A stretch of 64,000 nt of DNA, taken from the IMG/VR virus record IMGVR_UViG_3300014886_000120. One strand, given 5' to 3'. The translations under genes were made by a program, and so were the position numbers. Under the pieces are notes generated by a model. That model was not told the origin of the DNA. It was given only the letters and a program-made list of their open reading frames with translations, and did not search any database. The DNA is from a virus (taxonomy: Duplodnaviria; Heunggongvirae; Uroviricota; Caudoviricetes). Shown here in pieces: positions 1 to 10,190 of the stretch (within the stretch, counting starts at the first letter, position 1; the number at the start of each line of letters is the position of its first letter).

Positions 1-474
1 AACCTCAGTATATCCTGGATAACAATGATTGTTCAGCATCAGATAAATCTGGTATACTGGTAATCCTCCTACAGTCCTTCTCTTAACCTTTCTGGCATAC
101 CAGTTCAGTGTGCAAGCTGTCGACTTTATGGATGTACAAGACACACCAGCAAGATAAGGCCTAAATTTCTTCCTATGGACAGCTGGGTCATCTTTTATCT
201 CCAGCTGATCCATATATTTCATACGAGGTTTAACTACTATATCTGTCTCTATCAGATCATTACCTAAGCTTAGAACTCTAGGAACTATATCCTTCTTGGA
301 TAAAGACGATATTGACTCTTTCTTAGTGACATATATTCTTATAACTCTAGTACCAGGTATTAGCTTTCCTCCCTTCTCTCTTTGCCATATTATACCTGAA
401 AAGCCATGTACGTTCTTACATTTCCTTATCTTGTTCCAGTACTTCTTCTTGAATACTTCTATCTCTCTATCCAA
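1..474 (-). CDS. hypothetical protein, 3' part truncated by window start; TTG start at 472-474
   Basis: Minus-strand frame open from 474 to position 1 with no stop (>=157 codons). TTG is preceded by GGAGGTG (plus 480-486) at SD spacing, the same arrangement as the RNase H start. It is not in the ORF track because it is truncated. Confidence 0.35.
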   Translation of the reverse strand, partial: MDREIEVFKKKYWNKIRKCKNVHGFSGIIWQREKGGKLIPGTRVIRIYVTKKESISSLSKKDIVPRVLSLGNDLIETDIVVKPRMKYMDQLEIKDDPAVHRKKFRPYLAGVSCTSIKSTACTLNWYARKVKRRTVGGLPVYQIYLMLNNHCYPGYTEV

Positions 475-487
475 CTTTACACCTCCC

Positions 488-856
488 TCAACCAAGAGCT
501 TTACCCATCTTGTTTTCACTTCTTGGTACCCATGTTAGAAGAATAGAGTATCCTCTTGATTTTAAGGTTTCTATTATAGACCACACCTCAACAGCTAGAC
601 TCCTAAGCTTTCCAGACTTGATGTGCCATAGATGGTTTAGCTGATTGATTACTACCTTACTGTCAGACAATATTTCTATCTCCTTGTCGTTCCCTTCTTT
701 CATCACATACTTTAGAGCCAGGAGTACAGCTCTGTATTCAGCTTCATTGCCAGTCATAAATTTGGTTCTATATTCTATCCTCACCTTCTCATTGTCCTCT
801 ACATAATATCCAAACTTTGGTCTATATCCTCCAGAACCGTCACAGTAAATCTTCAA
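488..856 (-). CDS. rnhA: RNase HI-like ribonuclease H
   Basis: IYCDGS, GNEAEYRAL and LSDSK..INQ motifs match the DEDD catalytic core of type-1 RNase H. TTG start with upstream GGAGGTG. Confidence 0.6.
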   Translation of the reverse strand: MKIYCDGSGGYRPKFGYYVEDNEKVRIEYRTKFMTGNEAEYRAVLLALKYVMKEGNDKEIEILSDSKVVINQLNHLWHIKSGKLRSLAVEVWSIIETLKSRGYSILLTWVPRSENKMGKALG

Positions 857-858
857 GC

Positions 859-1140
859 TTACAACACCTCCATAATGTACACTTCTTTAGCTCTCTTCAG
901 TACATCTGGGTCTACAAGGCTTAAGTTTTTATGACCTTTCTCAAAGTAGTTTATCAGAGCCCGTATTGCAGCCCTCTCAAGTGCCTTTTCAGAAAGGTTA
1001 AGTGTGGTGGTTACAAAGCCACATCTTGAACATACCAGCCATGGTATCTTAGTACTCAATCTTCTATGCTTTTCAAACATTATCTCAAGGTTGTTTTTCT
1101 TACATAGTGGGCATATAATACGTGTCTTGCTGGTCTTCAT
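859..1140 (-). CDS. small zinc-ribbon protein
   Basis: CPLC...CSRC pairs. Terminal codons GAG GTG TTG carry the SD for the downstream rnhA-like gene. Confidence 0.4.
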   Translation of the reverse strand: MKTSKTRIICPLCKKNNLEIMFEKHRRLSTKIPWLVCSRCGFVTTTLNLSEKALERAAIRALINYFEKGHKNLSLVDPDVLKRAKEVYIMEVL

Positions 1141-1170
1141 ATCCCCACCTCTGGCTTGCTCAGAGTGGAG

Positions 1171-1371
1171 CTATATCTCTTCCTTTATCCAGTAGCTATA
1201 CCCACATTCCTTACATTCCCAAGTTGTCTCTTTATACTCTGTAGCTCCTTTGTATGCTCCCTTAACAACCTTGTAGTATCTTACAGCTGAGGAGCTAAGC
1301 TCAACATGACAATAGGGACAGTAATACTTACCATTTTTCTCTACTGGTTTAGGCATACTATCACCCCTCAA
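1171..1371 (-). CDS. small zinc-ribbon protein
   Basis: CPYC...CKEC motifs, 66 aa. Confidence 0.35.
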   Translation of the reverse strand: MRGDSMPKPVEKNGKYYCPYCHVELSSSAVRYYKVVKGAYKGATEYKETTWECKECGYSYWIKEEI

Positions 1372-1582
1372 AGAAGTATCTTAAGATATCGTCCAGAGAA
1401 GCTAACATTGTTCCGGACGTTCTCTCATAGTCACTTAAGTCAGAGAGAAGAGCTTGTATGGTCCTGTTTATCCTTCCCTTCTCTTCTCTGTCCTTGGTTC
1501 TAGCTCTCCTCTTTTCCAGCTCTTCTATGTTGTAGATGATTATCTCTCTATAGGTTCTGTTTCTCCAGTTATTCATTCCCAT
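1361..1582 (-). CDS. hypothetical small basic protein
   Basis: 73-aa ORF in the operon; basic and charged. Confidence 0.3.
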   Translation of the reverse strand: MGMNNWRNRTYREIIIYNIEELEKRRARTKDREEKGRINRTIQALLSDLSDYERTSGTMLASLDDILRYFFEG

Positions 1583-1586
1583 CCCT

Positions 1587-4130
1587 CTACAAGTAAAAGT
1601 CTAGTCTGGACTTTCTCTGTGTATATGTCGAATTGAATACTTCCTTCCATGACGTACCTATCATCTCCAATATATCTTCTACTTTGTTCTTTATAGTCCT
1701 TACTAACATCCTGTCCCTGTCTATCTCTATTGGATATTCAGCTCTTTCAAGATCTGAAGCTTGAAGGAAACCAGCAACGTCAGAAAATATTTCTTTCTTT
1801 ATATGTCTCTTAGACCCCTTCTCTACAGTCAGGTTAAGAACTATCCGTTTGTATCTGTATGGTTTGATGTACACATAAAAGAACCTCTCACCTTCTTCAA
1901 TGTCTAGACCCAGTACTTGTCTTGCAAACTCAAAAGCTTTCAGAGTTACAATAGCCTTGTCATAGGAGTCCCTTGGTTGTCTAAGGATGCCAGTGATAGC
2001 TATTTTCTCCAGTGGATACTTACTCATCATCTCTATCTCTCTTATCACATACTTCTTGATATCCTCTATGGCACTGTCATTAAACACCATGTCAAGTACG
2101 TTACGTTGTACTATCTCAGTAAGCTCAGACTGATCCCTTCTTACCAGCTCTATCCCCTTGTATATTTTCCTGCCATCCACTGTTAGTCCAGCATAACGTT
2201 TCTTTGTGAATATTATTATCCTCTTGAAGTAGTCCTCTATGTCCAGTCTAAAGCTGGACGGATCAATGCTCCACTTCTCTGATATGAACTTATGGAGCTC
2301 CCGATGGATCATGTCCCTTATCCTTGCAGACTCCTCTTTATAGTCCTTGGTTTTAAGTACAAAAGCTATTGAGTCTGTGTCTCCAAATATCACTGTATAC
2401 CCGAAGCTCTCTATTATTTCCTTGATCTTCAGGAGCAATGTTCTACCAATGGTAGTGATGCTCTCAGCTATCTTATAGGAATACAATCTGGCAGCTGGGA
2501 ACTTCTTTTCTACATTACCACTGAAACCATAGAAGCCGTATGAACCATGGACAATGGACTTGAGAGCTAGCCTTCTCCTCTTTAGTCTCTCCACCATGTC
2601 AAAGTCCCTTTCCTTCTTAGCTTTCTCTATCTGTCTTTTGTTTTCTTCAAGTAGGGGAGCTAGCTTGTCAAGTATCTCTACAGTCCAGCTCTTCTCTACC
2701 TCAGGTCTAAGGTATTTCCATTCCGGTGTTACCTCTATTTCTCCAGCTACCTCATCGAATGTGTTCCAGCCAATGTTGAAGCTCTTTATTATGTTCACAT
2801 ACATTGAGCTGAAGTCCATCAAGCATACACTGTTGTATATCCCTCTCTTAGCCTCAAACACTGTAGCTCCAGAATACGACCTCCTAACCTTCTCTATAGG
2901 TCTGGTTCTGAGAGCTATCTTTCCATGAAGCAACCTTAGATAGGAGATGTCAGCCACCCTTGAGGGGTACATGGCATCATTGAAGTCCAGACCGGAGAGT
3001 CTCCTAACAGTGTCAACATATTCTATAAGGTCAAGCTCCTTGTCCAGGTTCTTGATTAAGAGTACGTCTCTAAGGTTGTAGTATATAACATCGAGATATG
3101 AACTGTCCCATACCTTGTCAATGTCAGTATACAGTCTCCTTTTACCATATCCAAGCTCCTTCCTACTAATAGCATCCAGAGTCTGGAACTTCCTTCCTCC
3201 TACAACTATGGAGTATATCTCGTTAAGGTCAAGGTAATGGCATCCCCCTAAGCTTATCTTTTCAGCTGACCATGTAGAGACTGTTCCAATGGAGGAAAGC
3301 ATCCTCACATCCAGCTTGAGCTTCCTCATACGTTTGATAAGGTATGCCATGTCAAACTTAGTAAACGAAATAATAAGGTCTGGATCTATATCTCTCAGAT
3401 ATACTAGGAAAGCTGAGAACATGTCTCTCTCATTTTCATAGTAATGGATATTCCTTGAGGAATACGAGCTCTTATCCTTTCTCCAGTAAAACACATGGTA
3501 TTCCCCCTCAAAGCTATCGTAGCATCCTATGATTATGACCGGAACTTTAGCTTTGTCCTTGGGTACCTTACCGTAACACTCAATGTCTACAAAAAGCTTC
3601 CTTAATGGAGGCTCATAATCCAGAGTACATGCCCTACAGTATTTGTCCGACCATACAATGTATCCCTTAGTCAGCTCAGGATGTTTAAGACACCATTCCA
3701 GATATTTGTCATCTACCTCTACACCGTCAGTAATCCCCTTGTCTATTACATACCTGTATGGAAACTTGATGTCAGCTTCATAGCTTTCTATCCCCCTGGG
3801 ATACCGTTTACTACGTCTATTATACAATGCTACCTTTAGCTCCCTAACGTACTTTGGCAGCTTGGTTATTATCTTGACTCCAGGAGCTGAAGCATCTAAC
3901 AGCCTGAATACTTCTCCATTGGGGCCCTGATGTTCTATCCTCTTTATCTTCTCCAGCTCCTCTGGTCTCCATTTAACATGTTCATAGTCCTCCCTTCTCA
4001 TATAGAAATAGGGTTCAAAGCTGTCGTCTCTTATAATGTATCTCCTGGAGCTTCTGTCTCTACAGAATATGTAGATAACCGATGAACCATGCTCTATCCT
4101 CTGATCAACAGCTGTCACTGCAAGCCTCAT
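1587..4130 (-). CDS. polB: family B DNA polymerase with 3'-5' exonuclease
   Basis: Exo I VDIECY, Exo II FTKFDMAYL, Exo III YYNLRD. Motif A DFSSMYVNII, motif B KSIVHGSYGFYG, motif C IFGDTDS. 847 aa. Confidence 0.9.
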   Translation of the reverse strand: MRLAVTAVDQRIEHGSSVIYIFCRDRSSRRYIIRDDSFEPYFYMRREDYEHVKWRPEELEKIKRIEHQGPNGEVFRLLDASAPGVKIITKLPKYVRELKVALYNRRSKRYPRGIESYEADIKFPYRYVIDKGITDGVEVDDKYLEWCLKHPELTKGYIVWSDKYCRACTLDYEPPLRKLFVDIECYGKVPKDKAKVPVIIIGCYDSFEGEYHVFYWRKDKSSYSSRNIHYYENERDMFSAFLVYLRDIDPDLIISFTKFDMAYLIKRMRKLKLDVRMLSSIGTVSTWSAEKISLGGCHYLDLNEIYSIVVGGRKFQTLDAISRKELGYGKRRLYTDIDKVWDSSYLDVIYYNLRDVLLIKNLDKELDLIEYVDTVRRLSGLDFNDAMYPSRVADISYLRLLHGKIALRTRPIEKVRRSYSGATVFEAKRGIYNSVCLMDFSSMYVNIIKSFNIGWNTFDEVAGEIEVTPEWKYLRPEVEKSWTVEILDKLAPLLEENKRQIEKAKKERDFDMVERLKRRRLALKSIVHGSYGFYGFSGNVEKKFPAARLYSYKIAESITTIGRTLLLKIKEIIESFGYTVIFGDTDSIAFVLKTKDYKEESARIRDMIHRELHKFISEKWSIDPSSFRLDIEDYFKRIIIFTKKRYAGLTVDGRKIYKGIELVRRDQSELTEIVQRNVLDMVFNDSAIEDIKKYVIREIEMMSKYPLEKIAITGILRQPRDSYDKAIVTLKAFEFARQVLGLDIEEGERFFYVYIKPYRYKRIVLNLTVEKGSKRHIKKEIFSDVAGFLQASDLERAEYPIEIDRDRMLVRTIKNKVEDILEMIGTSWKEVFNSTYTQRKSRLDFYL

Positions 4131-4339
4131 AGTTCCTCAGCTATCCTTTCCTTCAGATATTCTATATATCCTTTCTCAAGCATTTCACCCAGTGCTCTGG
4201 GGATGTTAATGACTATGAGGGGAGGAGAGGAAGGCTTGAGATATAAAAGAAGATCGTAGATACCTTCCACTTTGGAGTCATCAAAGTATACAGTAGCAGT
4301 CATACTCTCTAGAGTGTCAAGCTCAATCCTTATCTTCAT
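4127..4339 (-). CDS. small hypothetical protein translationally coupled to polB
   Basis: ATGA overlap with polB start; 70 aa. Confidence 0.35.
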   Translation of the reverse strand: MKIRIELDTLESMTATVYFDDSKVEGIYDLLLYLKPSSPPLIVINIPRALGEMLEKGYIEYLKERIAEEL

Positions 4340-5226
4340 CGTATCATCCCATGCTTCCTAAGGGTGGAGTATACCCATTCCATGAACACGTCCTTGATTA
4401 CATCTACCATTAGCTGTCCAGGTCTCTCTAGCTTCACAGCTCTAGCTGCATCCTGGTATTCTTCTCTTGTAAGCCTGACATGGTACATCTCACCTTTAAC
4501 CCTTTGTTCAGCTTCCTTTATCTTCTTCTCAATCTTCTCTGTTGTGTATTCATCAAGTGTGCCAGCCTTGGCTTCCTTCTGGATGTCCTCAAGATCTCTA
4601 TCTGTCAGCTTGCCTTTAGCTGCAGCTTCAGCAAGCTTGAGAGCAGCTTCAGGCTTGTTCTGGAATGCTGGACTCTTGAGTGTGGAGATAAGCAGCTTAG
4701 TTCTTCTTTGAGACTGGGTAAGCAGCTCTTCCTCTATAGGACTGTCCTTGACCACCTCAGGCAGCTTCTCGTATCCTGCCCATTCACTTATTGTCCTAGG
4801 AGACACCCCTATGATGTCAGCTAGCTCCTCCCTTCTAAGGTTTCTCATAGACTTGACAAAGAAGTACCTGTCTCTATTTGTCAACGAAAGTGAAAGCTCG
4901 TTTTCCAGGAATGAACGTATCCTGGCTTCAAGCTCACTCATCTTCTTCCTTAGACAAAACACCTTTGGTAGTCCAGCCCTCAGAGCTGCCCTATATCTTC
5001 TTGATCCTTCTATAACCTCCATGTTCTGGTCAAGTATTATAGGCCTGGTGTTTATACCAAGCTCCCTCATCGAAGTAACCAGTCCTTCTAGGTCAAGCTC
5101 TGGCAATGTCTTCCTGGCATTGTATGGTGACACTCCCTTTATCTCTTTAGGGTCTATAAATAGTATCTCCCATTCTTCCTCTTCCCTCTCTACATCCCAT
5201 TTCTTTCCTGGTGGTATCAAGCTCAT
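4336..5226 (-). CDS. ParB N-terminal-domain (ParB/Srx-like) protein with C-terminal HTH
   Basis: IEGSRRYRAALRAGLPKV resembles the ParB GERRxRA arginine box. C-terminal ADIIGVSPRTISEW HTH. Confidence 0.5.
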   Translation of the reverse strand: MSLIPPGKKWDVEREEEEWEILFIDPKEIKGVSPYNARKTLPELDLEGLVTSMRELGINTRPIILDQNMEVIEGSRRYRAALRAGLPKVFCLRKKMSELEARIRSFLENELSLSLTNRDRYFFVKSMRNLRREELADIIGVSPRTISEWAGYEKLPEVVKDSPIEEELLTQSQRRTKLLISTLKSPAFQNKPEAALKLAEAAAKGKLTDRDLEDIQKEAKAGTLDEYTTEKIEKKIKEAEQRVKGEMYHVRLTREEYQDAARAVKLERPGQLMVDVIKDVFMEWVYSTLRKHGMIR

Positions 5227-5639
5227 TTCTTCTTTCCACCTCCTTTACTCTGAATAGACATGTAGTACTTCATGATTATCTTATTACATTGGGACTCAAG
5301 CTCAACCAGTCTGCACAAGATCTCTATAGCCTTGGAATAATAGTAAGCTGAATAATTGGTAACCTCCATGTCCATCTTCTTAGCTAGCCTCATTATAGTG
5401 CCGGTATCCACAATCCTTCTATTCCTACCAAAGACATCTTCACTAGTAGGATCAGAGAACATGTGGATAGGAGATATAACAAACAGGTTGTAATAAAAAT
5501 AGAGAAGCTTAGCTAGACACTTATTGTATCTAGCTAGGCTTCCCATGTCTTCTACTAGACCTTCCTCCTTAGCCTTCTCTAGCAGACCCCTTAGCTGGTC
5601 TATTGTTTTTGCCCTGTTCATATTGGCCACCCTATGCAA
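5223..5639 (-). CDS. hypothetical protein
   Basis: 138 aa, overlaps neighbours by 4 and 8 nt; no recognisable motif. Confidence 0.35.
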   Translation of the reverse strand: MHRVANMNRAKTIDQLRGLLEKAKEEGLVEDMGSLARYNKCLAKLLYFYYNLFVISPIHMFSDPTSEDVFGRNRRIVDTGTIMRLAKKMDMEVTNYSAYYYSKAIEILCRLVELESQCNKIIMKYYMSIQSKGGGKKK

Positions 5640-6648
5640 AGTATATTGACTGGCTAGTTCCAGGAATCTTGAAGTACCCCTTAATGAAAACCACTATCGA
5701 CTTTGTGCCTCTCACTGTAACCTCTCCTAGCTCCCCAAGGATTATCAGTCTATCAGCTTCCTTGAATTTTACCGGTAGATGGTTAGCCAGATATCCTACA
5801 GCCTTGTATTCCTCTCCTTCCATCTCATCGTCCAGACCAATAATGTTCTGTTTGTCTTCCCTGAATATTATGCTGTACACATCTGCCTCTATGAACACTG
5901 GCTCTCTGTTCTCTCTACCAGCTCTCTTGAAGTGTGTGAGATAAACCATCTCTAGATCATTTAGCCTATAGATCTCCTTACCACAGTTCCTTATGAACCA
6001 CTCAAGCTCCTCTGGTGAAGGCTGAACTTCAAGCTTCCTCAGTCTAGTTACTGAGCTAGCCGACAGCTCATAGTGTGGAAGCTGTCTATCCCCTGCCCTG
6101 TCTATGGCCCTGAAGCAGTACACAGTCCCAAGCTCTGGGCTTAGGCTGGTAGCAGCTTTGTCCCAAGCCTCAAGCTTCAGGAACTTTACTCTGGACTTGT
6201 CTATCTGCCTACCGGTGCTACCTATACCATAGTATGTCCTATGATCTACTCCCTCTATAGGCTTCATGTAAGTGTCCCTGTCTTCCCTGTAATCTAGCCA
6301 TGTATTTGGATCTGGATGGTACTTAGCTTGTTCCTCCTTAGGCATCCTCTTTATCTTGGCAATCATCTGTTCAGCTGTGTTCTGTAGACCACTCTCTCCT
6401 ATGAAGAAAGCTGAGTACATTATGCTGGGAGACAGTATGCTACCCTCTTCTTTCTCTAGTCTGGCCTTTAGCTTCCTATATGCTAGCTGCAGACGTTTAA
6501 TGTTGCTCTTTACCTCTGGATATTCCTCAGCTACTACAGGTAGGTATTCAAGCATTTCCTGTCTTAGCTCGTCTACACTCACACCAAACTGCTTAGCTCG
6601 TTTCTTGAGTCTCTCCATTATCTTTTCAGGTATCTCTACACTCATCAC
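5632..6648 (-). CDS. hypothetical protein (338 aa) in the replication/recombination module
   Basis: Long ORF with no recognised motif. Confidence 0.4.
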   Translation of the reverse strand: MMSVEIPEKIMERLKKRAKQFGVSVDELRQEMLEYLPVVAEEYPEVKSNIKRLQLAYRKLKARLEKEEGSILSPSIMYSAFFIGESGLQNTAEQMIAKIKRMPKEEQAKYHPDPNTWLDYREDRDTYMKPIEGVDHRTYYGIGSTGRQIDKSRVKFLKLEAWDKAATSLSPELGTVYCFRAIDRAGDRQLPHYELSASSVTRLRKLEVQPSPEELEWFIRNCGKEIYRLNDLEMVYLTHFKRAGRENREPVFIEADVYSIIFREDKQNIIGLDDEMEGEEYKAVGYLANHLPVKFKEADRLIILGELGEVTVRGTKSIVVFIKGYFKIPGTSQSIYFA

Positions 6649-6714
6649 ATCACCCTCCTTTCTTTCTTTTTAAACAGTGTCATTTGCATGACCATAAAAC
6701 ACTCCAGGATATTC

Positions 6715-7377
6715 TCAAGTATGAAAGACATTATAGATACGTTCACCTCCCTTACCAAGCTTTCTACCATTAACATTCAGGTTGACCAGCTCTTCTCTTG
6801 ACATGGAGACTATCTCTGAAAGCTTATAGTTGGAGGCTAGACAAGCAGCTGTCTTCCTCCCTATCCTTGGGATACATGACAACACATCAAATGTTATTTC
6901 TTCTATGGTACGTTCCCTCTTGACAGCCTTTACTGGTCTGAGGGCAGCTGGCTTGTTAGATTTCTTGTAGTACTCAAGTAAATCTTTAATGAAATCATTT
7001 TCTGAACCTACATGTATGACTGGAACCTTGAAGGAATAGTAGCTTATGACTTTCTGTGTCCTAAGGAATGAATCCAGATCTACAGGTACAAGTCTCTTAC
7101 CTATCCTCCTTAAGGGAGGCCTTCTTGGATATACCCCAATAAGATATAGAAGGGGCTTGTCACAGCTCTTGGATAGCATGTATAGCTGCTCATAAAGCCT
7201 CTTGTTCTGTACTGAACTTATGAAGTCATCTATGGTCTTACGTTCTATTACAAGGGACTCCCCTATCTGGTAGTCTCCTACTTCAAGCTCCCTAACCTTC
7301 ACTTCTATACCCATAGCCCTGAGCTTAGCCGGTATGTGCTTGGGTTCTCTGCTGTCCACTAGTATTGTCATGTCCAA
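6715..7377 (-). CDS. xpf: XPF/Hef/Mus81-family ERCC4 nuclease with C-terminal (HhH)2
   Basis: ILVDSREP...GDYQIG...VIERKTIDD is the ERCC4 signature. C-terminal IPRIGRKTAACLA...ELVNLNVNGRKLG is a tandem HhH. Short crenarchaeal-type architecture. Confidence 0.7.
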   Translation of the reverse strand: MDMTILVDSREPKHIPAKLRAMGIEVKVRELEVGDYQIGESLVIERKTIDDFISSVQNKRLYEQLYMLSKSCDKPLLYLIGVYPRRPPLRRIGKRLVPVDLDSFLRTQKVISYYSFKVPVIHVGSENDFIKDLLEYYKKSNKPAALRPVKAVKRERTIEEITFDVLSCIPRIGRKTAACLASNYKLSEIVSMSREELVNLNVNGRKLGKGGERIYNVFHT

Positions 7378-7387
7378 GTTCTCCTCT

Positions 7388-7603
7388 TTATAGTAAATGG
7401 GACACCGATATCTCCTGTACCTTCCTTATAAAGCATTTGAAACAGTACACTGTACCTCGTTTTCCCTTCTTCAGTCTTGGAAAGAAGAATATCATGTCAC
7501 CCTCTTTTATGGTAGCTGAACACGTGTCACATATTCCAGGTTTGTCAGCTCTAGTAAAGAAGACAGGCTCCCACTTGCTCCTCTCTCCTTTCTTAGAGCT
7601 CAC
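7388..7603 (-). CDS. small zinc-finger protein
   Basis: CDTC...CFKC motifs, 71 aa. Confidence 0.3.
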   Translation of the reverse strand: MSSKKGERSKWEPVFFTRADKPGICDTCSATIKEGDMIFFFPRLKKGKRGTVYCFKCFIRKVQEISVSHLL

Positions 7604-8598
7604 CTTACTCCCTTCCGTTTCTTCACATCTTCTATACCATACTCAGTTATCATGAACAAGCAGCTGTCTCTTGGTACAGGTCCATCGGCTATCACAGCTG
7701 ACCATGTCTTGTCTGAAGACGATACTTGATCCAGACCTATGAGGTAGTTTATGGAGTGCTTGGCTACATCAGAGACTACCGGTGGCTTCCTTATACCATA
7801 CTTCTTGATAGCTCCAAGCTGCTGACCACTGTCTGGGATTCCCATAACCTGAAGTGTGAGTACTATAGCTATGTTGTACTTGCTAGCCAGTATCTGGAGA
7901 TACCCCATGTGTCTAGCTTGCTCCTGTGATCTTGGTCCCAGAGTCTCCCTTCCAGAGTATGTACTCCTGAACTTGGCATTGAAGCTGTCTATAACCAGGA
8001 GTCCAATGTCCATTCCCTCTTTGATCTTGTCCTCTATTATCTCATAAGCCTGGAACATGTGTGTAGGGGTCTCTATGAACCTTGCTGGTACAACGAACAG
8101 ATCCTTCCTTAAATCAAAGTCCACTCCCTGAGCTTCTGCCATCTCCTTTATTCTTTCTATCTGGAGTGTCCTAGGCTCAGTCTCTATCCATGCTGAGGCT
8201 CTCCCATGTTGCTTCTTCATATTGACAACTAGCTGTTTACATAGCTGTGACTTTCCGGTAGCTATCTCACCAAAGAAAGCTGTTATGGCATCGGTAGGTA
8301 CCCCTCTACCTCCCAGTATTCTGTCTAGCTCTTCACTACCAGTTGAAATCCACTGAGTACGTTCCTCCCTTAGCTGATACTCGTCAAGGGCTGGGACTAT
8401 CTTGATGGAGTCCTTGGTAAGATCCTTAGCTGACTTTATCATTTTCTTAGCCTTAGCTACTGAGATACCAAGGATGACTGAGAGCTGCTCTGGATCCATT
8501 ATAGCCAGCTGGTTGACCGTGAGGATGTTCTTTGACTCTAGCAGCTCTACTGTCTTGGGTCCTACCCCATCTATATCTTCTAGCTTAGGCATGTTCAC
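7600..8598 (-). CDS. radA: RadA/Rad51-like recombinase
   Basis: N-terminal HhH (IDGVGPKTVELL) and a RecA core with Walker A GEIATGKSQLC; 332 aa. The palindromic motif sits 18 nt upstream of the start. Confidence 0.85.
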   Translation of the reverse strand: MNMPKLEDIDGVGPKTVELLESKNILTVNQLAIMDPEQLSVILGISVAKAKKMIKSAKDLTKDSIKIVPALDEYQLREERTQWISTGSEELDRILGGRGVPTDAITAFFGEIATGKSQLCKQLVVNMKKQHGRASAWIETEPRTLQIERIKEMAEAQGVDFDLRKDLFVVPARFIETPTHMFQAYEIIEDKIKEGMDIGLLVIDSFNAKFRSTYSGRETLGPRSQEQARHMGYLQILASKYNIAIVLTLQVMGIPDSGQQLGAIKKYGIRKPPVVSDVAKHSINYLIGLDQVSSSDKTWSAVIADGPVPRDSCLFMITEYGIEDVKKRKGVR

Positions 8599-8858
8599 AA
8601 TACCTCCATTAGTAGTATATCCGAGAGATATAGTTCAACACATTTCCCACATAGGGCAATATTCCTTCCCCTAAACCATATAATGACTACAGGAGAGACC
8701 ATCTCTTTCCCACATATGGAACAGCTAACATGTGAACTAAAGTAAATATTCAAGTCAAACGAGGGGCTTGAACTATAATAATAATTGGGGCCTTCCAATG
8801 TGGTAGCCCATAAGGTACCAGTCCAGTATGAAGGATACAAGGATGCAGGAAAGGTCAT
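8595..8858 (-). CDS. small zinc-finger protein (paralog of 8862-9119)
   Basis: CSICGK...LCGKC; ends MEVL with GGAGGT encoded in its terminal codons. Confidence 0.35.
   Translation of the reverse strand: MTFPASLYPSYWTGTLWATTLEGPNYYYSSSPSFDLNIYFSSHVSCSICGKEMVSPVVIIWFRGRNIALCGKCVELYLSDILLMEVL
8616..8632. promoter_or_regulatory. palindromic motif TATATCCGAGAGATATA (motif 1)
   Basis: Inverted repeat TATATC/GATATA with a 5-nt spacer, 18 nt upstream of the radA start. One of about 14 copies. Confidence 0.5.
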
Positions 8859-8861
8859 AAC

Positions 8862-9119
8862 CTAGAGCTCCTCTGCAATTATTATTTTGGCAAGATATTT
8901 CTGGCCGCACTTGTCACATAGCTCAAGCTTCTTCCCCTGATACAATATCTTGTAAGCCTTAGACTCCTTCACTCTCCTTCCACACACATGACACTTTATG
9001 AACTTAACCTCAATTCTTGGCCATATCGGAGCTATGGTTGAAGGAGATGTACCAGAGACCTGATAAGTGACAGAGCCAGTAGTAGTATTCAATTGCCATT
9101 GATGATGCAACCATCTCAA
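8862..9119 (-). CDS. small zinc-finger protein (paralog of 8595-8858)
   Basis: CHVCGRR...LCDKCG; 85 aa. Confidence 0.4.
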   Translation of the reverse strand: MRWLHHQWQLNTTTGSVTYQVSGTSPSTIAPIWPRIEVKFIKCHVCGRRVKESKAYKILYQGKKLELCDKCGQKYLAKIIIAEEL

Positions 9120-9355
9120 CTACTTTCACCCTCTATATAGCTCCTAATGAACTTGATGTGTTTGCACACCCTTGGTCTGGTTGTGTAATATGGACATGTA
9201 CACACCCATTTCCTGTCATCTTTCCACACATAATACAGCTTTCCCTTGGGTGATATTACCTTCCATACCCTGTAGCTTTCCTGCTTTATGATATATCCCT
9301 GCTCCAGCAAGCTGGGGCTAGACATCCCCTCTCTCCTTGAGCTTAGCCTCTTCAT
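9116..9355 (-). CDS. SWIM-type zinc-finger protein
   Basis: CTCPYYTTRPRVCKH matches the CxCxnCxH SWIM pattern. Confidence 0.45.
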   Translation of the reverse strand: MKRLSSRREGMSSPSLLEQGYIIKQESYRVWKVISPKGKLYYVWKDDRKWVCTCPYYTTRPRVCKHIKFIRSYIEGESS

Positions 9356-9587
9356 ATGGCCCCACTACGTGTCTGTAGAGCTCAAGCTTGCAGCACTCAA
9401 GTACTCCTATGGCCCTGTTATAGTTAAAGTATCCTGGAGTATAAACTTCCTTCAATATCCTTGTAAAGATATAATTAATGTGTCCATCTACTCTCTGATC
9501 ATGAGGCAAGCTGCTTATTATCCGTCTTATAGCAGACTCATATTTTAACCTTTCTTTTATGGTTATATAGGGCAATATTACACCTCC

Positions 9588-9800
9588 TCAAGCTTTCCTA
9601 CAGGACTCACACTTTCTCCTGTCATACATTCCTTCTCTACAGTGAGACTTACATTCATAATACATCTTGTTCCTCCATACTATACGGAATGAAGCATCAG
9701 TGGAAAGTAGCCTACATAGGAACAAGGGATGTTTCCTCCTTATCTCTCCAGTAGCCATGTAGTTCCATTCCCTAAGAGCTTCCCTTTCCTTTCTGTTCAT
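9588..9800 (-). CDS. small Cys/His-rich protein
   Basis: CKSHCREGMYDRRKCESC cluster, 70 aa. One of four small ORFs packed into 9318-10168. Confidence 0.3.
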   Translation of the reverse strand: MNRKEREALREWNYMATGEIRRKHPLFLCRLLSTDASFRIVWRNKMYYECKSHCREGMYDRRKCESCRKA

Positions 9801-10190
9801 ACCTAGGTCTCCAGTAAGTTATCTCTCTAATAAGGTCTGGAAGTATAATAGCTCTACACCTTGGACATACTATCCCACATAGTGGAAAGCTATATATTCC
9901 CTCACCTTTGTATCCACATCTTCCACAGCTTATCTCTATGTTAACCATCCTTTGCCCTCCTAAGCTTAAGATATAGCTTGAAGTCATTAATGTAATATTT
10001 CAGCTTTTCAATCAATGTAAGTCTCTTCTTTGCTATGGATGTCCTTACTGGAAACACCATTTCTCCTCTGGTCCATATTGGGATGAAGGACTGTTTCTTC
10101 TCTATGGTGTAATGTGTGAGGATGAACAGGACATATTCAGGATCATCCTCAAGCCTTTTCAGCTTCATATAGGCTTCACTCTTAGACGTT

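Noticed and set aside
296-538. Plus-strand ORFs listed in the track. Examples are 296-538, 1004-1195, 4364-5257, 23099-23764, 31848-32210, 39720-40364, 57826-58020 and 58593-58799.
   Set aside because: All lie antisense within well-supported minus-strand genes. They have low-complexity Ser/Leu-rich translations and no start context. They are treated as frame shadows. The only plus-strand gene retained is 61296-62141.
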